Shown in pieces: positions 36,264 to 64,000 of a stretch of DNA of 64,000 nt (its first letter is position 1; each line of letters opens with the position of its first letter). A model generated the notes under the pieces. It saw nothing but the letters and a program-made list of their open reading frames with translations. It did not search any database and was not told the origin of the DNA. A program made the position numbers and the translations under genes. This stretch comes from Chrysomallon squamiferum (Eukaryota > Animalia > Mollusca): the NCBI GenBank assembly GCA_012295275.1, contig CM022677.1:26846001-26910000 (forward strand), written 5' to 3'.

Positions 36264-37303
36264 ATTAGACTGACTGAATACTTTGTTTATCACAAACATT
36301 GTTTTCAGGTGTTTTCAGGACTCGACTTACAGTAGGTATGACGTATGGACGGGACTGCACTGGAACACTGAAACCAGTCTCACGTGGTCGGACGATTCAT
36401 GTTCGCCCATCGCGGAAAGCTTTGACGAACTCAGAAATGGCAGCCAGTTCTACGACGTGGATCGTCAGTGCTACGTCATGCCGATCTCGATCTATCAAAA
36501 GTGGGACAACCGGAAGTGTTCAGAGAAGTACAAGTTCGTCTGCGAGACGTTTAACCGTAAGACTGACGTCATTTTTATCTGTTTCTTAGGAAGCTAACAG
36601 CAAACACATTTTATATGTAGTTTGTAAGATTCCTTAGTAGTTAACACATTTTATATATAGTTTGTAACAATTCCATAGTAGTTAACACATTTTATATATA
36701 GTTTGTAACAATTCCATAGTAGTTAACACATTTTATATATAGTTTGTAACAATTCCATAGTAGTTAACACATTTTATATATAGTTTGTAACAATTCCATA
36801 GTAGTTAACGCATTTTATATATAGTTTGTAACAATTCCATAGTAGTTAACGCATTTTATATATAGTTTGTAACAATTCCATAGTAGTTAACACATTTTAT
36901 ACGTAGTTTGTAAGATTTCCATGGTGGTCATTAGAAAGAGATGTTATGCATGGATGTTTCTGTCATGCATTTTTATAAATAAATATATCATCTGGAACTT
37001 TCTGATCTTTCATCCTTTCTTAATATTTTAAACATAAGATAAACTCGTCATTTGCAACGTGTCTGTCTATCTGTCTATCTGTTTGTTCATCACTACATTC
37101 ATCCGTCTATCTATCTGTCTGTCTATCTATCTGTCTGTCTATCAATCTATTTTTACACTGTCAAGCGGCGATTTCAAACTGTGCGGTATTTCACAAGCAG
37201 CCTCTCTCGTTTATACTCTGATACGTACCATTTACTTAAAATTGTTTACTTAACGTTTGAAAGATTCATGCAAGGAAATTCGATACTATAAAATTATAGA
37301 TCT

Positions 37304-37341
<38 letters not shown>

Positions 37342-39783
37342 ATGCATGTATTTATTTGTTGTATGTATCTATGTATATGTGAGTATGTAAGCATGTATAT
37401 ATCTATACATATATATGTAGGTATGTATGTAATATATGTGTATATGTATACGTAAGTATGTATATATAATCTGTATATATATATATATATATGTATGTAT
37501 ATATCTATATGTATATATATGTAAGTAAGTATATGTATGTAAGTATGTATATATATATGTATGTATATATCTATATATATATGTAGATGTGTATATGTAA
37601 TTATGTATATATCTATATATATATATGTAGGTATATATATAAGTATGTATATATCTATATATATGTGGGTATGTATATATAAGTATGTATATATCTATAT
37701 ATATGTAAGCATGTATGTTTATATGTAAGTATGTAAGTTTGTACGTGCGCTGTTTAAAGGCTTATAGGGCATATCGTACAAAGATATATGAACTGTATTA
37801 CTGCTTTACGTTTAGATAACTGTGTGATGTCTGAAAGCAGATATCGGTTAGACTTGCAGTACAACGTGACAGCGAGTGAGTGTAAGGAGCGCTGTACGAG
37901 TAAACCAGAGTGTTTGCTGGTCGCGTCGTCCTGTCACACTGACTGTCTGTCGGTTCACACGTCACAGAAACCCGCTCCTCAGCTCCTGGAAAAGACGTGC
38001 GCTCAGTGTAAGTGTCTGTTTATTTGTAATGTATGTGTGTGTGTGTATGTTTGTAATGTATGTATGTATGTGTGTGTTTGTATGTCATGTATGTGTGTGT
38101 GTTTGTTTATATGTAATGTATGTAAGTGTGTTTGTTTATATGTAATGTATGTATGTGTTTGTTTATATGTAATGTATGTATGTGTGTTTGTTTATATGTA
38201 ATGTATGTATGTGTTTGTTTATATGTAATGTATGTATGTGTTTGTTTATATGTAATGTATGTATGTGTTTGTTTGTATGTTTATTTGACCTGCTCTGTCA
38301 TCATATGTCTACTTTACAGCTTTATAATCAGTTTATATTCTTATCTATTTACCTAGCTGTCTATCTTTTCATCTATCTTAACTCTCCTTCTAGGTCTGTC
38401 GTTCTGTCTATCTATCTATCTATCTATCTATCTATCCATCCATCTATCTATCTATCTATCTGTCTGTCTGTCTATCTATCTATCTCTCTATCTGTCTATC
38501 TACCTATCTATCTCTCTTTCTATCTATCTATCTATCTGTCTATCTATCGACCTACTTTGGTCTCTATGTCGATCGTCATATTTGTATGTCTTCTCTCTGT
38601 CTCTCTCTCTATCTATCCATCCACTGAACCAGCCAGACATTATCTATCCATCCATCCCTTTATCTAACCGTTTCTAAATGTTTATCTGATGATCAATGTG
38701 TGTTTGTCATCCCTTACGTTACTGTTGTCACTGTCTTTACCATCACTCACATCACATTATCATTGTAAGTTTTTTTATTATTTGTTTTCCTTACTGCTTT
38801 TCCTATTTTGTAATGGACGTACATCATCATTTTTATTATTTTGTGTTACTATTTATCAGTCATACTAAACACGACGAATACTGACGTTTATAAAGATTCC
38901 ACCGACACCAGTAAATTCCCGATGCCATGCACGCGAAGAAATACCACTGTCAACAACGAAGGTATGATTAGAGTGTATAACCTATCTGAATGATCTATCT
39001 GAATCATCTAACACAATTAGTTGTTGTTTTTCGAGACCGATCTTTGCTAATAAGAAATAGAACACTGATGTTAAAACAGATTTGAATTCTGCCATTTTTT
39101 TTCTTTCATAACTAGACTGTTAAAAGTTGGGTTTCTTTTTTGTTGTCCCGCCACTTGAAGAAGTCTAATCAAATTGATACACTATGTGCACAATGACGTC
39201 ATGAGATAGAAAAATGGCGGCGCACATATTTGTTTTTAAAAATGGGAGGTGATCATATGATAGAATATATCTAATTTTAGATAATAATAAATAAATAAAT
39301 AAATAAGAAAATAAGCTTACGAATAAATATAGTTTACTTTGTTTTTATAATGTCAGTCTCAAGAAACGGATAAAATAAAAACGAAAAGGGGAAAAAAATA
39401 GTTATTTATTTATTTATATATATATTTATAATTATTATTATTTTTTTTTTTTTCTAGATGAATTCATAGGTTGTCCAAAACCGACATCGTCTTCACTGTA
39501 TATAGCAACATCCTCCGTGCAACATCATTTATGCACTTCCGTTGTCAACGCCAACGTCTCCGAAGAGGCGCTGAACGACGTCGTTGAGAAAATTGTCGAC
39601 CATCTTACGGTGGACACGTCGAAACTTTCGACTACTACACGGAAAAAGACGAGTGCACCCGATTTTCGACGATCATCGACGACAATGGGTTATGCAGCCG
39701 CCATTATTATGGCAGTGCCTTTTGTGCTAATGGTTCTAATGGATATTCCAGTGATTATCAACCAGCTCAGAAGCTTGCAGTAG
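34986..39783 (+). CDS. Membrane protein with a C-type lectin domain, a PAN/Apple-like Cys domain and a C-terminal TM
   Basis: Exons 34986-35055 (signal [20 protein letters not shown]), 35603-35747 ([18 protein letters not shown]), 36309-36556 (VWTGLH..W..QC..WDNRKC..KFVCE), 37816-38007 ([12 protein letters not shown]), 38860-38961 and 39458-39783 ([19 protein letters not shown] + TM, TAG). All phases are consistent. Confidence 0.85.
36600..36915. repeat. 41-bp minisatellite, about 7.5 copies
   Basis: TAGTTAACACATTTTATATATAGTTTGTAACAATTCCATAG units. Confidence 0.92.
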
Positions 39784-40552
39784 TAACTGTGAAAATAATT
39801 ATTTCTTCGTTTGCTTGTGGCTGCATCGCTATTTTATTTTATTATTTTTCCTAAACAACTCGCTGGTTTAGGAAAAGCAATGCAGATGTAAAAAAAATGT
39901 TAATCTAAATCATTTCATCATTTACTGAGCAGTAATATTAATGTTAAGTAAATGAGTCACGCAGATATCTATGTCAAAAAATAAAAACGATGAATTGGAA
40001 AATGTATTTTATATTTTAAAAACGATCTAGTTAAGCATAGAAATTGCAATCAATTATACATACCGTATATATAGTCAGAGCTTACATAGAAGCGTATACG
40101 TCTTTCTAAATAAAACTATATAACAATGCAGTAGTTTTGTTAAAAGAACTAAGAAAATCCGTTGCTGTATTCAATTTATCGGACTCAGAGATATAAATGT
40201 CTGTTGCTTATGTGCCATTATAGATCACCCAAAGCAATAAAAAGTAAATTGTAACGTATTCGATCATAAACTGAAATCAGACCGGCTTTGATTTGATGTT
40301 GGTGATTATGTTATAAAGCGGACCTATCCTAGGAAACGACACATTATGACAATAGTTATGACGATATATCTGGGCAGAAACTTGTAATGTCGTTAATATT
40401 TTTGATTATCTGTCATTAGAAGTATAGAATACATAACACAAAGAAGAAGAAGAAAACAGACCAGTAACAGATTAGATAACAGTTATGAAGTGCTATATGT
40501 CCACATGCAGTAAGACCTGGTATCAAATATGTAATAAAATTATCACAGTTTG

Positions 40553-40655
<103 letters not shown>

Positions 40656-40971
40656 AAACATAACTCACTTCAGTGTAAGTTGGTATAAAAATATTTATTG
40701 TCACTAAAAGCAAAATGTTATATAAATATTCGTATTTATTATTGTTATACTAGAAACAAAATTAGTTATGAAAAACAACTCCTTCCTATATTAAAACATG
40801 TTATATTAACACAGAAAATATACCTGTATTTTAACAATAATATTATTGCCACCATAACATGAACTATAGCTCTACATAAAACACAGACACAAACACACAC
40901 TTGCACATCATTGACATACATACACAGAAACAGAAACCAAAAACCTGCTTCCTTGCTGCTGTTTTCATTTT

Positions 40972-41006
<35 letters not shown>

Positions 41007-41019
41007 ACACACACACACA

Positions 41020-41103
<84 letters not shown>

Positions 41104-41287
41104 CATAAATATTAATTTATTTACATGGCACAAACAGACAAACAAACACTCAGTCATGACGTCCATGACTTCATATGTTTTATTGCAACACAAATCACAT
41201 GTAAACATATTCAGCACAATCTTTAAAATTATTCACTGTTTTCTTCATTATGGCAGTCTGAAGACAAAAAAAAAAAAAAAAAAAAAA

Positions 41288-41328
<41 letters not shown>

Positions 41329-41441
41329 TAAATATATAAAAAAATTAAAATTGAAGAAGAATGAAATAATCATAATAATAATAAAAGAACTGAAGTAAAT
41401 AAAACAGAAAACTAAGCTAAAACAAGTGAAGTATTTGCAGA

Positions 41442-59973
<18,532 letters not shown>

Positions 59974-60188
59974 GCTTAAACAATGTCTGAAAAATATAAA
60001 AGTAACTTTGTTTCCTTTATTAGTATGTATTGTTGTTGCTACGATGTTGTTTTTCTTTTGTTGTTATTATTAGCGATCGGGCCATTACTGGCATTAATAA
60101 CAGTCTGATAGGAAAGAACGAAGATTAGTTGTTAATAAAAAAAAAAAAAAAAAAAAAAAATAATTAGATAACTTTTAAATATGTGGCC

Positions 60189-60221
<33 letters not shown>

Positions 60222-60399
60222 AAGAAAAGAAAATTAAATTCAATGAAATTAAGTTTTGTTGACATCAGTGGAAAATCTTGAAATGAAGTTTGCACTGGTA
60301 TCTACTTCATCTATATTTCCATTTTGTTTTGCTGTTCGGTGTGTCGTCCTTTTAATATTTGTGTTAAATTTTTGAAAAACGGTACTCTGGGCAGAGAAC

Positions 60400-60650
60400 A
60401 ACTACTTACCTGCACACTGGTTACATTATAAAATTTATATTTTCTTTCCTTCAAACAAGTAAAACGAAAATTAGCACATCGCTAACAACTGCAAAGGTGA
60501 TACGTCATCAAAAGCCGTCTGTTGTGAACGAGATATCGCGAGATTTCATCTCTTGGAAGAGAACGTCATCAGATTTCGTTGAGAACAGAGCAGAATTACA
60601 TCTCATAATATTATTTTATTTTTACGTTTCTGCGAATTGTTTAGAGGTAA
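60400..60650. promoter_or_regulatory. Candidate bidirectional promoter: TF first non-coding exon (-) and remnant gene (+)
   Basis: Minus-strand GTAAGT donor near 60409, ACGTCA half-sites near 60502 and 60563, TATCGCGAGA at 60534-60543 and a plus-strand donor AG|GTAAC near 60646. Confidence 0.45.
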
Positions 60651-60768
60651 CACAGTGGATATTAAGATAAACAGGGATATTTCAGATATTAAGTTTATCG
60701 AGTTTGTTTTGACGAACTTTAGAAAATACGAAGATCTGTAAATTTGTAAATATTTATTAATTATTCAG

Positions 60769-60825
60769 GGGAAATCGTATAAGGGAACTAGTTAAAGTTC
60801 TTACTATACATGCTTTTATTAATAA
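60769..60825 (+). pseudogene. Degenerate copy of the TB/TD start exon with ATG changed to AGG
   Basis: TTCAG|GGGAAATCGTATAAGGGAACTAG vs TD TTCAG|GGGAAATCGTATTATGGAAATAG. No downstream TSR exon is seen. Confidence 0.5.
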
Positions 60826-61198
60826 GTTAATCTTATTATTATTACTGTGATTAAACTGTCTCATTTATTTATTTATCAGATTAATTATTTTGTTGTCGTA
60901 GACACGTAGGAAGTAGGGCACATGATCTTTTAAATTCTGCAAACAAAAAATTATAACACGCCATGTTTCTTTTTCTTTTCTTTATTTGTCTTTCATTTTT
61001 CTAAAACATTTATTCAAAACAATGCTTCTATAATAGTAGATTTATCAACAAATTTATTAATACAGAAAGAAAAAATAAGTGATAAATTATATGACTATAA
61101 GACTATAAATATTTTAATATCACGAATTCATTTAATTATAGTACATTTATCCCGTATATCTGTTTTATAATGTTTGTATTATATATATATATACACAC

Positions 61199-61235
<37 letters not shown>

Positions 61236-61842
61236 TTTCTAAACTATTATCAGTCCAATCCATGTGATCTTGATGTGCACATTTCGTAAAATAGAAGAAG
61301 TAAAATATACGTAGTAATATGAAATCAGAACATTATTTTATAAATCAGGGACATATGACTACAAACAGAATCTATAATCATAACAATGCGAGTTTTTTCT
61401 TTTTGTGGGGGTTTTTGTGAGGTTTTTTGTTTTGTTTTTTATTATTATTATTGATCCTGTTATCAAGTACATGATCCTAATGACTAAGACGAAGAATAAA
61501 TACAAAGTCCATATGAAATGAAGATTATTTGTGATTATATTAAATATATATATATATATGGAACACACAGTCTGAAAAAATACATTATGAAAAAGTTTCA
61601 TTAAAAACCTTGTAATCAAGTTCGTATAAAATTCTAAATCCATTTGATTCAAGTTTTGATTTAATTTTGAAACTGTGAGTGATAAAAATCAAGATTAGAT
61701 TAAATCACATATAGGCAAAAATCGTGATTCCATCCACAAAAAGTCCGTGAGATGATGCAAAAATTTATGTAAAATTTACGTACAGCTGAGAAAAAAGAGA
61801 GATAATAATAATAATAATACAAAAAAAAAAAAAAAAAAAAAA

Positions 61843-61923
<81 letters not shown>

Positions 61924-62320
61924 AATAAATTAATTAATTAATTAAATGTCGCATTTAAAAACACGTAAACAAATCTGCATTTAAAATATATCCTGAATAT
62001 GGATCATTCAGACTTGTTCATGCAAATAAATATTCTTGAGTTCCTTTAGTCCGTTTTGTAGACTTTGACTAACTTTTAGAAATTAATTGTTGAACGTGGC
62101 CTTCGAAAAATTCTATCATCTGATTACGTATGCAGATATAAACCATTACATATATCCACGTTTTCAGATTTTGTTATATTTTAAATCCATTATGAATAAA
62201 AGTATTTCTCACTCTCTCCAAACTAAACAAATACTAAATCTTTATTCCAGTCATCACTGTATAACCGAAATTCAAGTCTCAGTCTAAAAAGACTATTTGA
62301 CATTAGCGAACTACATTAGC

Positions 62321-62375
<55 letters not shown>

Positions 62376-63454
62376 TATTGGTGTAACACTGGAGGTTATT
62401 TATTTATTTATTTATTGTTAAAATATACGTTACGATCCGATTATAGTCCAAATAAAATGGCTTGACAAAACAAACCATTTATCTATTTAATTTCAAATTG
62501 GCATAGTTTATCGATCATTTCAAAAAGAAAGTTAGATGCATAGAGACTGACAGACAGACAGACAGACAGACAGTTTAAAGTAATATTATCGTCTAATACT
62601 TCACACAGATTTCATTAGTCTTAGTCGTACAATTTTATTTTATTTTATTATTTTTTAAATATTTATTTATTTTTAAATGTTACAACAATTATTAGATAGT
62701 TATTATATGTTTTAACGCAAATCACTAATATTATCTTCTAGTGTTTTCTAATATAATTATCATGCATTTAACGAACGCTATAGTAAATATTACATAGTTA
62801 TAATATTTTACCTTATAACAACTATAACATATTCGTCATATATTTTAACTGCATTAAATATCAATGGTTATTGTGTGTTGAACGTTATAAGTTACACCGT
62901 TATGTGTTTTAACGTCACAATAAATAGTACGTAGTTATCATTTGTCTTAACAGCTGCAATACGTATTACATATTTGTTCATTTTAATGTATCATAAGTAT
63001 TACATAGTGTTTATGTGTTGTCTATAAGTATTACGTAGTGTTTATGTGTTGTCTGTAAGTATTACATGGCTTTATGATGCCTATAAATGTTACAATTTTT
63101 TTTATGTGTTGCCTTGAAGCATTAGGTAGTTCTGATGTTTTGTCTGTATGTGTTACATAATTTATATGCCATTTAATGTAGTAAAGCACTGCACATTTTC
63201 TTATATATTTGACGTATATACATATTACTAGTTCTGGTGTGTTTTAACGCATATTACATGGTTAGTATATGTCGCCTATAAATATTACTTAGTTTGATGT
63301 GTTACCTATAAGTATTACTTAGTTTGATGTGTTACCTATAAGTATTACTTAGTTTGATGTGTTGCCAAAACGTATTACACACTATTCATGCATTCCCTGC
63401 GGGTGTTAAGTAAGTTTCACGTTCGTTGATGTGTGTCACAGTTACACGTGTTTT

Positions 63455-64000
63455 TTACACAATCTCGCACACGTAGTTTCTCTCGTCGCCACAGAAGTTG
63501 TCGTCCATGCCCAGCACGTACCACCAGATCTGCACACACCCCCGTACTGCGCGGCTCCCCCGAGGCCCATTTCCCGTACACGACGGGCGACCCGTCCACC
63601 CACAGCCACGTCCCGTTGTCGTATGGGTCGTAGGCACCCGTCCAGTAGCTGACACCGTGGTAGTCTGTGAACAGTGAACAAACAAACAGGCAGGTGGGGT
63701 ATAGCTTGTATATAACACGTATTAACACATAAATTGAATAACAATCATAATTATAGATAAAAAAAAAAGAAAAAAAAAAGTCGATATATAAATAAATAAA
63801 CCATTTTTGATTAGGTAACTGATAATTTCTACCTTTGTCTAGAATGTCCGTCACGAGGTCCGCTTTGGCCGGAGTGTCCATCTTGACCAGCATGGCGTTG
63901 TCTGCCTCGCAGGCGGCCCTGGCGTCGTGCCACGCCCTGCTGTCAGACGAGAACTTGAGACACATCGCAACAGTGGAGAAATACTCGTAACCAGGCCGAT
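63455..64000 (-). CDS. C-type lectin, 3' part, running off the window end, with an apparent frameshift
   Basis: Exon >64000-63833 (CLKF..WHDARAACEADNAMLVKM) and exon 63664-63455 (YWTGAYD..WLWVDGSP..WASGEPR..VCADL, then in a shifted frame MDDNFC..NYVCEIV*). Confidence 0.8.

Noticed and set aside
35756-36299. ER/SL-repeat ORFs, here and at many (AG)n, (CA)n and (TA)n tracts
   Set aside because: Dinucleotide microsatellite translations.

Overview
AT-rich, microsatellite-dense eukaryotic DNA, most likely a mollusc (possibly a cephalopod; inferred from a juxtamembrane SAPD-x-R-x-S motif and the repeat landscape). Nearly all long ORFs in the supplied track are microsatellite artefacts. Hand-splicing on GT-AG boundaries gives a compact cluster of cell-surface receptor genes. 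Six are type I membrane proteins built from thrombospondin type-1 repeats (TSR), each TSR on its own phase 1-1 exon, followed by a phase 1-2 transmembrane exon and a short tail. They carry 1, 8, 2, 1, 3 and about 13-17 TSRs; I label them T0, TA, TB, TC, TD and TF. The window also holds a degenerate seventh paralog start and two C-type lectin genes. Most TSRs are an atypical compact variant. Three tails carry Y-x-N motifs and a fourth an F-x-N variant. Several promoters carry perfect CRE palindromes. TF has a recently amplified array of near-identical TSR exons. Exon edges with their splice sites have repeatedly been amplified into intronic minisatellites. Several garbled or frameshifted exons may be assembly errors. 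All gene models are manual predictions without expression evidence.
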